From sequence record OP555982.1: 64,000 nt of DNA; one strand, given 5' to 3'. The first letter of the stretch is position 1, and each line of letters starts with the position of its first letter. Shown here in pieces: positions 19,701 through 27,211 of this stretch. Below the pieces are notes generated by a model. That model had not been told where the DNA came from and did no database searches. It saw nothing but the letters and a program-made list of their open reading frames with translations. Both the position numbers and the translations under genes were made by a program. The stretch comes from Escherichia phage vB_EcoM-UFV11.

Positions 19701-20669
19701 TTATTTCAGAAGAGTAACCTCAGCGATTTCTTCCCAACCGTTTTTGTCGGTCATAATAAAGTCAGCAAGATAAAGAGCAGTACGCAGTGAAACATTGCGT
19801 AAACGATTAACATTGACTTTCATCCATGATAATGCTTTATAAGTTTCTTCATCAGAAAGACCGCGCTTTTGCATCATGTCAGTTGAAAGAATAACATCTT
19901 CAACCCTGACCATAATTTCTTCATTAGTGTGAACACCCAAATCCAAATAAACTGAGCGGGACACTAATGCTTGTAAATGTGGAGCAAGTTTAGTACCACG
20001 GTCTAATTCGCGGTCAATGTCAACGTTTGTGATAAAAACAATCGTTCCTTTAAATTCAAACTCACGCTCAATGCCTTTTTCTTCTAAGTAAGAAGATGCA
20101 GTGCTCCAGCAGACTTTACGGGTCTCTCCAGTGTCCAGAGCAGCTTTCAGAAGATTAAGAATGTCCATATCAGAGAAAACATCCACATCATCAATCAAAA
20201 GGACAGAATTCTCTTCACGATTATTCCAAAGCTGCTCATAAAGACCAATACCAGAGATTTTACCATTAATGCTTTTATATTCAATGTATCCAATATCATT
20301 TGCTTTATTTAAAGCTTTATCTAAAGAATACGTTTTACCAATACCCGCCGCACCAGAGATAATTAATGAACGAATGTTTCCGTTAATAATACCATTCGTC
20401 ATCATTCCCATAACATTAAATCTTTTATTAATGCGGGTTTTCATATCTTCATATGATTCTTTAACTTCTTCAACTTTTACACCATCATATGAAATGTCTG
20501 ATTTGTAAACCCAAACACCGCGACGTTTACCGTCAATTTCAACAAAAACTTTACCATCTCCTTGTGCATCTACTGGGGCATTATCAGGGAACCACTCACC
20601 TAAGAGTTCAAAAGTTCCAGAGATTTCTTTGCCAAAGTAGATACCCTTATTGATAGTTACAGTTTTCAT
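19701..20669 (-). CDS. AAA+/P-loop ATPase
   Basis: 322 aa from MKTVTINKG; Walker A GAAGIGKT, Walker B VLLIDDVD, sensor-like FITN; own early promoter upstream. Confidence 0.65.
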   Translation of the reverse strand: MKTVTINKGIYFGKEISGTFELLGEWFPDNAPVDAQGDGKVFVEIDGKRRGVWVYKSDISYDGVKVEEVKESYEDMKTRINKRFNVMGMMTNGIINGNIRSLIISGAAGIGKTYSLDKALNKANDIGYIEYKSINGKISGIGLYEQLWNNREENSVLLIDDVDVFSDMDILNLLKAALDTGETRKVCWSTASSYLEEKGIEREFEFKGTIVFITNVDIDRELDRGTKLAPHLQALVSRSVYLDLGVHTNEEIMVRVEDVILSTDMMQKRGLSDEETYKALSWMKVNVNRLRNVSLRTALYLADFIMTDKNGWEEIAEVTLLK

Positions 20670-20703
20670 TTTATTCTCCAAATCCGTATCAGTTGATAGT
20701 TGT

Positions 20704-20733
20704 ATAGTACCATAAAGCTTTATGCTTGTAAAC
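20704..20733 (-). promoter_or_regulatory. T4-type early promoter (GTTTAC-N18-TACTAT)
   Basis: GTTTAC 20733..20728, TACTAT 20709..20704; drives the AAA+ gene. Confidence 0.55.
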
Positions 20734-20764
20734 TGTTTTGTGAAAAAATTTTTGAAATAAAAAA

Positions 20765-20782
20765 GGGAGCCCGAAGGCTCCC
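20765..20782 (-). terminator. intrinsic terminator (GGGAGCC-UUCG-GGCUCCC + U-tract)
   Basis: gggagcccgaaggctccc perfect 7-bp stem, followed on the minus strand by UUUUUUAUUU; 3 nt after the nucleotidyltransferase stop. Confidence 0.65.
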
Positions 20783-20784
20783 TA

Positions 20785-21798
20785 TCATTTATAATAACTT
20801 CGGTGGTTTTCAAGATAGACCTTCTCAAGGAAGTCATCCCAGAAACCCATGTCTACTTTTTGCTGCATACCGTTCTTAGAAGCTTCAGTAGATGCTGCTT
20901 CTACTTGATCGACCACATCTTCCAAAAACTCTTGAACTGTTTTAAATGGATGTTTACCCAACTTCACGTCGAGAATAAATGGAGCGTCTTGAAGTGGATA
21001 AACTAAGTCACCAGTTTTGTAAATTTCCAATAGTTGAAGTCCACCACGACAGGCATGGCTCAGAGCTTTCCAGTCAATACCTTCATTGGCTTCGGCCTTA
21101 CGAGCACGTTCACCATATTCAGCATCTAATTTGTTCAGTGACTGCTTAAGCTCAATAAGAGAAAGCGTTGTCTGATATTTACGACCCAACACAGTGTAGA
21201 ACGTTTGTGGGCCTGTTTTCTCATGATTATGGAACACCCATTCACAGAATTCGTTTTCTGGAAGACGATGCTTAATATCTTCAATTTTAGTGCGACGTTG
21301 TCCTTGTGTTCCATCTTCTCGGTAGACATTCCGTTGATCAGGAATTTGATTAACTACTTTCAACACATCACGTAATGCAGCCAAACGAGAACCCTTGACA
21401 CCGTATTTAGAAGCTTGCTTGCGAACATATCCTAAATAGGATTTCATGTTAGTCGTATAAAAACGAGAACGATTGTCTTGAATAAACTTCCACACATCAG
21501 GCAAATCAGATTTAACCACTAGTTCAGGTGGAGTGTGAAGCATATCCAATGCTACAGTTTCACCATCTGCTGCTAATTTAAAGAAATACTTAAGACTATA
21601 CAATTCGTGGTCAATATCATCTTTAGTGTTTTTAGATGATGTGTTGTTAGTGTTTTTACTCATGTGCTCTTTGACATTTCCAATAAGAATATCGCGAGCA
21701 GGAGGAACAAAGATTTCTTTAAAATCTACATCAGATTCTGGAGTAGAAGTTCCATAAAGATGACTACCAAAATAGCTTTTCATTACTGTTTTCATCAT
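20785..21798 (-). CDS. Pol-beta-superfamily nucleotidyltransferase with helical C-terminal domain
   Basis: 337 aa; N-terminal GSHLYGTSTPESDVDF (G[GS]-x9-13-DhD) plus downstream acidic strand VALDML; ATG overlaps stop of upstream TM gene (ATGA). Confidence 0.6.
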   Translation of the reverse strand: MMKTVMKSYFGSHLYGTSTPESDVDFKEIFVPPARDILIGNVKEHMSKNTNNTSSKNTKDDIDHELYSLKYFFKLAADGETVALDMLHTPPELVVKSDLPDVWKFIQDNRSRFYTTNMKSYLGYVRKQASKYGVKGSRLAALRDVLKVVNQIPDQRNVYREDGTQGQRRTKIEDIKHRLPENEFCEWVFHNHEKTGPQTFYTVLGRKYQTTLSLIELKQSLNKLDAEYGERARKAEANEGIDWKALSHACRGGLQLLEIYKTGDLVYPLQDAPFILDVKLGKHPFKTVQEFLEDVVDQVEAASTEASKNGMQQKVDMGFWDDFLEKVYLENHRSYYK

Positions 21799-22256
21799 TC
21801 AGCCTTATATTCAATAACAGGACATACTTTAGCTTTACGGGCTTTTAAAAATTCGACGATAATAGATTTCTTGGGTTGAATAGGAGGTAAACCTTTATAC
21901 GCCCTATCAATATTTTCTACATGTAAAGCATAATCCTTTTTCCATTTATAATCTTTATATTTTTCATGCAGTTGTGCAGGAATAACAAATGAACCAATAA
22001 TAAGTAAAACAAGCAAAATGGCAAGTATAAATGCCGATGGAATAAGAGTCCATAAACTACCAAAAATAAGCCATTTCTGTATGATTTCTGCGCAGATAAT
22101 AGTTAGACCTGCGAGTATAGTACATCCGAAAAAAGAAACGAAAAATGTAGGGATAACAATAGACCAAAAGTATGCACACAGTGTCTTAGGTCGTTTCCAT
22201 TCGTCGTTAAACAGTTTGAATAATTTATAGTGCCAAGAGTTTTCATTAATAATCAT
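21795..22256 (-). CDS. small integral membrane protein (about 3 TM helices)
   Basis: 153 aa; hydrophobic spans CAYFWSIVIPTFFVSFFGCTILAGLTIICAEII and LIFGSLWTLIPSAFILAILLVLLIIGSFVI; coupled to downstream NTase. Confidence 0.55.
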   Translation of the reverse strand: MIINENSWHYKLFKLFNDEWKRPKTLCAYFWSIVIPTFFVSFFGCTILAGLTIICAEIIQKWLIFGSLWTLIPSAFILAILLVLLIIGSFVIPAQLHEKYKDYKWKKDYALHVENIDRAYKGLPPIQPKKSIIVEFLKARKAKVCPVIEYKAE

Positions 22257-22258
22257 AA

Positions 22259-22780
22259 TTATCCTTTCATTGAAGGTGTAACAGTTGTTAAATACTTAAT
22301 CATAGCTTCAGCTTCTGATTTTGATAATGAAATTTCTCCATTGTTTTGACGAATAGAAATAAAATCCGGATGACGGTCACCACCAGCTTTTAAAACACAC
22401 ATATAAGTATCAGTTTCATCTTCAATATCTGAAATGATTGAAGCAGTTCCGCATGAATGTGGTTTTTGATAAATCAATACAGCTTTTCTTCCACCATTTG
22501 ACTGTTCATAGGCTTTTAATACATCAAACAAATCAGTTCTTTTATCAATAGCTAAAATGTTATTTTCATCTTCAATGTTAAATCCTTCGGATACTTCATA
22601 AAGTGTTACCCATAAATCACCGATGTCAATAACAGCATTTCCTTTTCCACGACTTTCAAGAATATGACAAATTTTCTTTATTTCGTCATAACTCATTTTA
22701 ATAATATCATCTCCTTGAATAAGGAAGATGTCATTTTTAAATTTAACGCGAATTAAACCGCTTTCACTAGAAATAAACAT
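22259..22780 (-). CDS. hypothetical protein, tandem paralog 2
   Basis: 173 aa; C-terminus ISLSKSEAEAMIKYLTTVTPSM aligns with paralog 1. Confidence 0.55.
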   Translation of the reverse strand: MFISSESGLIRVKFKNDIFLIQGDDIIKMSYDEIKKICHILESRGKGNAVIDIGDLWVTLYEVSEGFNIEDENNILAIDKRTDLFDVLKAYEQSNGGRKAVLIYQKPHSCGTASIISDIEDETDTYMCVLKAGGDRHPDFISIRQNNGEISLSKSEAEAMIKYLTTVTPSMKG

Positions 22781-22786
22781 ATTTCC

Positions 22787-23344
22787 TCACTTTGAAATCA
22801 TAGTTGGAATAACAGAATCAAGATAAGTTTTTAGTGCAATAGCTTCGTCTTTGTTTAATGTAATGATATGTGATCGAAAATCGTCAATTTGACGAATAGA
22901 TACTACATCTCCCTCTTCATAGCATTTTGAAACATTTAAAATAGTTTCATCATTCTGATTACAGGAGTTAGTAATAATAGCATTACATTTTTTAAACCAT
23001 TTTAAATTATGTTTTCTTTTAGTAGAATCATAAAAATATTTAATGTTAGTTATAAAATTATCCCAATTATTAATTGATAAGCACATTGACTCGCTTTTAA
23101 TATTAAATCCTGGGCATGAAGAATAAAAATGAATTTTATGCTCATCATTAATGCTTACAATTTTATCAGTGTAAGCATATTCAATTTGGGTTAAACGAAC
23201 AATTTCACTAGGCGTAAAATATAACATGTCGTCTTCTTGCGTCAAACGATACATGTTATTTACTTTTTCGATCGCTAATTCACCAAAAAGCACACTATCT
23301 TCTAATACTAATCGTTTCATATTGATTCTCTTCGACTCACTCAC
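22787..23344 (-). CDS. hypothetical protein, tandem paralog 1 (start GTG 23344 or ATG 23320)
   Basis: C-terminus ITLNKDEAIALKTYLDSVIPTM aligns with paralog 2; shared ISIRQ/VSIRQ motif. Confidence 0.55.
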   Translation of the reverse strand: MSESKRINMKRLVLEDSVLFGELAIEKVNNMYRLTQEDDMLYFTPSEIVRLTQIEYAYTDKIVSINDEHKIHFYSSCPGFNIKSESMCLSINNWDNFITNIKYFYDSTKRKHNLKWFKKCNAIITNSCNQNDETILNVSKCYEEGDVVSIRQIDDFRSHIITLNKDEAIALKTYLDSVIPTMISK

Positions 23345-23346
23345 AA

Positions 23347-23451
23347 TTACATACTCCTCTGAATCATATCAATAATGTTGTTCACCAGATTATAAGTAAA
23401 CATTGGGTAATTATATTGAATCATCACATACACAACAAACAAAACTTTCAT
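23347..23451 (-). CDS. hydrophobic micro-ORF (34 aa)
   Basis: AGGAGA Shine-Dalgarno then ATG; MKVLFVVYVMIQYNYPMFTYNLVNNIIDMIQRSM; first ORF after promoter 23480-23509. Confidence 0.3.
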   Translation of the reverse strand: MKVLFVVYVMIQYNYPMFTYNLVNNIIDMIQRSM

Positions 23452-23479
23452 TCTCTTCTCCTTGGCAGTTGACAAGATT

Positions 23480-23509
23480 ACTATACCATAACCTTGCCAA
23501 CTTGTAAAC
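23480..23509 (-). promoter_or_regulatory. T4-type early promoter (GTTTAC-N18-TATAGT)
   Basis: GTTTAC 23509..23504, TATAGT 23485..23480. Confidence 0.55.
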
Positions 23510-23511
23510 CA

Positions 23512-23784
23512 TTAAATGACGTTTTCAATAAAATTCTGAAGCTTTGTGTGAGCATCAACCATGATTTTCATTTCTTCTTTGGCGAAAGCTGTACCTCTTT
23601 CCCGAGAAGAACACTCATAGTCAGAAACTGCATTAGCATATTCTTCAATTAGTTTCATTAAAAACATCTGCTTTTCAGTTTTCATTATTCCACCTAATCC
23701 CCGAGAAGAACACTCATAGTCAGAAACTGCATTAGCATATTCTTCAATTAGTTTCATTAAAAACATCTGCTTTTCAGTTTTCAT
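23512..23784 (-). CDS. small hypothetical protein carrying an in-frame 33-codon N-terminal duplication
   Basis: MKTEKQMFLMKLIEEYANAVSDYECSSR occurs twice in the 90-aa translation; second Met at 23685 would give the unduplicated 57-aa product. Confidence 0.5.
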   Translation of the reverse strand: MKTEKQMFLMKLIEEYANAVSDYECSSRGLGGIMKTEKQMFLMKLIEEYANAVSDYECSSRERGTAFAKEEMKIMVDAHTKLQNFIENVI

Positions 23785-23798
23785 TATTCCACCTAATC
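23601..23798. repeat. perfect 99-bp tandem direct duplication (2 copies)
   Basis: 23601-23699 and 23700-23798 identical by direct reading; duplicates the ribosome-binding site, start codon and first 28 codons of ORF 23512-23784 plus the 3' end of the upstream ORF. Confidence 0.85.
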
Positions 23799-23968
23799 AT
23801 TTCAAGATATTGAACTAACTTAGCTTTAGATTTATCCAAATCCTTTTTAGCTGCTTCTATACCGTCGTATGAATATCCTTCACAATGCTCAACTGCTAAT
23901 TGATATGAATCTATTTCAACATCACGTGCTAATTTAATGATTTTTTCAAACTGTTCGTGTGTCAGCAT
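23774..23968 (-). CDS. small hypothetical protein
   Basis: 64-aa ORF; stop overlaps downstream start. Confidence 0.5.
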   Translation of the reverse strand: MLTHEQFEKIIKLARDVEIDSYQLAVEHCEGYSYDGIEAAKKDLDKSKAKLVQYLEMIRWNNEN

Positions 23969-23970
23969 AC

Positions 23971-24174
23971 TTAAACTCTCGTATTGTGATCGATAATTTC
24001 ATCAAGAAACATATCTAAAGCTTCCACAGCATTATCAACTTTAGCTTCAAGTTCATCAATACCTTTATTTGCAATGCCTGACGAAAACCAAGCAAAGTCG
24101 CTAAGTTCCTCATCTGCTTTACGAATTAAAGCTACCAATTCCTTAATTTTATCCGCTTGTTCGATACTAATCAT
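23971..24174 (-). CDS. small acidic hypothetical protein
   Basis: 67 aa from [13 protein letters not shown]; ATG overlaps upstream stop. Confidence 0.5.
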   Translation of the reverse strand: MISIEQADKIKELVALIRKADEELSDFAWFSSGIANKGIDELEAKVDNAVEALDMFLDEIIDHNTRV

Positions 24175-24362
24175 TATTCCACCACATATGAAAGAGAGAA
24201 TATTGCACATGCCATGTGAGTTGCAACTTCATCACACATATTATAACGTTTCTTAAGAAGTTCTACAAGTTTTTCACTAGTAACTTCATCCATGTTGACG
24301 AAAAAATCACCATTAATGATGACGTAGATATTTCCTTCTTGATTGAGTGCTTCAATTTTCAT
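24174..24362 (-). CDS. small hypothetical protein
   Basis: 62 aa from [10 protein letters not shown]; ORF-track extension reads through the promoter. Confidence 0.5.
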   Translation of the reverse strand: MKIEALNQEGNIYVIINGDFFVNMDEVTSEKLVELLKKRYNMCDEVATHMACAIFSLSYVVE

Positions 24363-24390
24363 GATGTTCTCCTCTTTATCCGATAGTTGT

Positions 24391-24420
24391 ATAGTATAAC
24401 AGCTCAAACGGAAAGTAAAC
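24391..24420 (-). promoter_or_regulatory. T4-type early promoter (GTTTAC-N18-TACTAT)
   Basis: GTTTAC 24420..24415, TACTAT 24396..24391. Confidence 0.55.
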
Positions 24421-24435
24421 CGGTAAAATGAAAAA

Positions 24436-24453
24436 AGTCTCCCGAAGGAGACT
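24436..24453 (-). terminator. intrinsic terminator (AGUCUCC-UUCG-GGAGACU + U-tract)
   Basis: agtctcccgaaggagact inverted repeat followed on the minus strand by UUUUUCAUUUU. Confidence 0.6.
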
Positions 24454-24457
24454 AATG

Positions 24458-24844
24458 TTATTCGAGGGAAAGAAGATACTTACTCTGGTAAAACATCCCA
24501 GTAATATCATCTATCGTGCTTTGGATGGCTGGAGGCATTTCTTTATAAATGCTGTTAGATTGGTCTAGTATGCGATCAATCATTTTAATTGTGTCGGTAG
24601 GAAGTTTACTGGCATCTGGAATTGAAGGCGTGTATTTTCTACCAGAATACCCCAAATATTGCTCACCAAATTTATCAATCAAATCTGGCAACTCGGAAAA
24701 AATAAAATCGTATGCTTTGTGTCTAGCATAACTTTTAGTTTCAAAATGTGCAGAATGAAAATAAGCTTGTGCAGCCATTAATAAACCTAAGTATTCATCT
24801 GCCTTTGAAGGTTTTCCACTTTGTGAAAAGTCGCTGAATTTCAT
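24458..24844 (-). CDS. hypothetical protein (rI.-1 position)
   Basis: 128-aa ORF directly downstream of rI. Confidence 0.55.
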   Translation of the reverse strand: MKFSDFSQSGKPSKADEYLGLLMAAQAYFHSAHFETKSYARHKAYDFIFSELPDLIDKFGEQYLGYSGRKYTPSIPDASKLPTDTIKMIDRILDQSNSIYKEMPPAIQSTIDDITGMFYQSKYLLSLE

Positions 24845-25134
24845 TCAGTCTCCAATTTAATGTTCATAATTCTAGCGTATGATTGTGCCATCTCCGCGCC
24901 TCGTTCTATACATTCAAAATCAGAAGAGCACGGGTCATTTTTATAGGTCGTTCTCATAAAACTATAGAATTGTTCAGACGATTCTACGCTTTTATTTTCA
25001 AAAAGTGTATAAACGTGCCTAATACCAGATTCCATAAATTTATCAAAATGAGGATCGACATTCGCTTCAATTGATGGAGATAAAACAAATGACAATCCTA
25101 GCATGGCAAAAAGTGCCGTTGCTTTTAAGGCCAT
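24841..25134 (-). CDS. rI: lysis-inhibition regulator rI (periplasmic antiholin)
   Basis: 97 aa; signal/anchor MALKATALFAMLGLSFVLSPSIEA; matches T4 RI as recalled. Confidence 0.85.
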   Translation of the reverse strand: MALKATALFAMLGLSFVLSPSIEANVDPHFDKFMESGIRHVYTLFENKSVESSEQFYSFMRTTYKNDPCSSDFECIERGAEMAQSYARIMNIKLETE

Positions 25135-25146
25135 AAAGGCCTCCTA

Positions 25147-25359
25147 TCATTTTTGTCCTGTATTTACTTTATGCCGATGCACGGCCTTAACTTTATCAAG
25201 GTATTTTTCAAAATTTCGCAATCTAGTATAGTCTGCCGGAGATTGGTTGAGTGATACTTCTCGACGCAAAGCTGAAATGATATTTCCAACTTCCCTACGA
25301 ATTTCATCTAATTGAAGCACAGTAAGATTGCGAAGTTGCTTTTCAGTTAATTGTAGCAT
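25147..25359 (-). CDS. hypothetical protein (rI.1 position)
   Basis: 70-aa ORF; late promoter immediately upstream. Confidence 0.5.
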
Positions 25360-25384
25360 ATATACCCCTTTAGTTAGATAAACC

Positions 25385-25392
25385 TATTTATA
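25385..25392 (-). promoter_or_regulatory. T4 late promoter TATAAATA
   Basis: exact TATAAATA on minus strand about 25 nt upstream of the ORF starting at 25359. Confidence 0.5.
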
Positions 25393-25401
25393 ACTTTTGC
25401 A

Positions 25402-25983
25402 CTAACCGAGCTTTTTAGTTAATTCATTCCAATGTTTTCTACACAAAGAAACATAAATTTCATCACCAATACAGATTTGATTACCTTCTTTAACTGGTGT
25501 TCCATCTTCCATTAATCGAGCTGTCATAATCGCTTTTTTACCGCAATGACAAACTGCCTTTAGTTCAATAAGTTTATCTGCAATCGCTAAAAGTTCTTTA
25601 GAACCTTCAAACAATTTTCCAGCGAAATCAGTCCTTAATCCATAAGCCATAACAGGAACATTATATGTATCAACAATTCGACTTAATTGATGCACCTGTT
25701 CAGTTTTTAAAAACTGAGCTTCATCTACAAATACGCAATGAATATCTTTTTGTGCTTCAGCCCATTTATAGAACTCGAAAATATCCATATCATCTGTAAT
25801 AATATTCGCTTCCTGTTTAATTCCAATGCGAGAAACAACTTCACAGACAGAATCGCGAGTATCAATAGCAGGCTTAAGAACTAATACACTCATTCCACGT
25901 TCTTTATAATTATGTGCAGCAGTCAAAAGAGAAGCAGATTTTCCAGCATTCATTGCTGCATAAGTAAAAATTAAACTCGCCAT
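25402..25983 (-). CDS. tk: thymidine kinase
   Basis: 193 aa; P-loop NAGKSAS, Zn-binding cysteines near C-terminus. Confidence 0.9.
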   Translation of the reverse strand: MASLIFTYAAMNAGKSASLLTAAHNYKERGMSVLVLKPAIDTRDSVCEVVSRIGIKQEANIITDDMDIFEFYKWAEAQKDIHCVFVDEAQFLKTEQVHQLSRIVDTYNVPVMAYGLRTDFAGKLFEGSKELLAIADKLIELKAVCHCGKKAIMTARLMEDGTPVKEGNQICIGDEIYVSLCRKHWNELTKKLG

Positions 25984-25992
25984 ATCACCTTC

Positions 25993-26178
25993 TTAAAGCG
26001 TATTCACATAAGCTATTAATTCATTTTCTTTCTTATCAAACCGATCAGCAAATTCTTCCTGCTGCTCGGGAGATAGCGGGCCGTATTCATCATAAAAGGT
26101 GTTTGCTTCTATATGCTCATCTAGAAGTTCATGGATAAGCTCAAACAATTTATCTTTTTGTTCTTTGCTTAGACTCAT
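25993..26178 (-). CDS. small acidic hypothetical protein
   Basis: 61-aa ORF. Confidence 0.45.
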   Translation of the reverse strand: MSLSKEQKDKLFELIHELLDEHIEANTFYDEYGPLSPEQQEEFADRFDKKENELIAYVNTL

Positions 26179-26344
26179 ATATTAATTTCCAGGAGTTTTA
26201 AAATAATTCGCTTTTGCTTAAATATTTCCATAGTTAAATGACCAGTATCTTTTTGACCGATTCCAATGGCAAAACCTTTATTAACAGCGAGTTCAATTAA
26301 ATTATCAAGCTCACGTAACACTTCGTATTGTAACTCAAAACTAT

Positions 26345-26572
26345 TCATTTTGGTTTACCTTCTTTAACGAAATCAGGATAAGGGTAAAATCCTGAATAAA
26401 ATCCTTCACCTTTATGATTGATGCATCCTTTATTAGAACAATAGCACCAATAATCGAAATCACAAGCCATTTCATCGTTGCATAAAGCAAAAACAACCGG
26501 CCACTTACACTTTTCACAGTGGGCATTTTTAAGAATACTAGTTTGGCTCATAACCATGTAACCTTTAAGCAA
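26345..26572 (-). CDS. cysteine-rich small protein
   Basis: about 70 aa with multiple Cys/His (CEKCKW..CNDEMACDFDYWCYCSNKGC). Confidence 0.45.
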   Translation of the reverse strand: MLKGYMVMSQTSILKNAHCEKCKWPVVFALCNDEMACDFDYWCYCSNKGCINHKGEGFYSGFYPYPDFVKEGKPK

Positions 26573-26760
26573 TATTCTTCTACATGTTGTTTACGACCTT
26601 TCTTATCAATAAAGGTATATTCAACGAATGTTCCAATGTAGTCTTTATCTACATCATGTGGACTATTAATTGGACATTTAGTACGGCAAATGCGTTCCCA
26701 TTGACGAATAATTTCCACTTTGTTTTTAGGATCAAACGGATGTGGGTAATGTACTTTCAT
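26548..26760 (-). CDS. hypothetical protein
   Basis: 70-aa ORF. Confidence 0.45.
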   Translation of the reverse strand: MKVHYPHPFDPKNKVEIIRQWERICRTKCPINSPHDVDKDYIGTFVEYTFIDKKGRKQHVEEYCLKVTWL

Positions 26761-27211
26761 AATCCACCACTATTAAATCAATATCAGGAGTAAACATGTC
26801 GATTAATTTAGAAACCTTATCCCAATCGCCGCCAGCAATACCACAACCTATGCGTGGAATGTAAATTACTGGTTTAAACAAAAGGGTTTCTGCCTGTAGA
26901 TTTAATTCTATCATGCAGTTTACTAAAGCACCATAATCAAGATTAGGACCTGGTTCGTATTGCGTATACAAGTTATAACATATGCCAAAACCATTAGGTT
27001 TATGTTTAAAAACAATAGACATATCGCCTAATTTATCACGAGAACCGTACTCGGTAGTGGTTTTATCTATTTCTAAAATTTTGGGATAGGCTCTTGCTAA
27101 TTGACCAGCTACACCACTGCCCATTGTATGAAAACAATTGCACCCGTGCGCAATAATATTACCTTCAAGAAAGAGGGCGACAATATCGCCCTTGATATAT
27201 TTTACAATCAT
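26732..27211 (-). CDS. macro-domain-like protein (putative ADP-ribose binding/processing)
   Basis: 159 aa; N-terminal KGDI...NxxxxG...GSGVAGQL and C-terminal IGCGIAGGDW resemble the macro-domain glycine-rich loops. Confidence 0.5.
   Translation of the reverse strand: MIVKYIKGDIVALFLEGNIIAHGCNCFHTMGSGVAGQLARAYPKILEIDKTTTEYGSRDKLGDMSIVFKHKPNGFGICYNLYTQYEPGPNLDYGALVNCMIELNLQAETLLFKPVIYIPRIGCGIAGGDWDKVSKLIDMFTPDIDLIVVDYESTLPTSV

Noticed and set aside
19611-20837. N-terminal extensions given by the ORF track (for example 378-aa version of the AAA+ gene, 195-aa version of 18709-19296, 343-aa version of 15264-16295)
   Set aside because: The extra residues are translations of the promoter and Shine-Dalgarno region (for example ...LYGTIQLSTDTDLENK before MKTVT); the true starts are the downstream ATGs with ribosome-binding sites.
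23601-23798. CRISPR-like or satellite array
   Set aside because: Only two copies, no spacers, and the unit is coding sequence plus a ribosome-binding site; it is a simple tandem duplication. No CRISPR repeat-spacer architecture anywhere in the window.
26341-26526. ORF 26341-26526 overlapping the Cys-rich ORF 26345-26572 in another frame
   Set aside because: The two frames cannot both be coding over the same bases; the Cys/His-patterned frame looks more protein-like, though this choice is uncertain.
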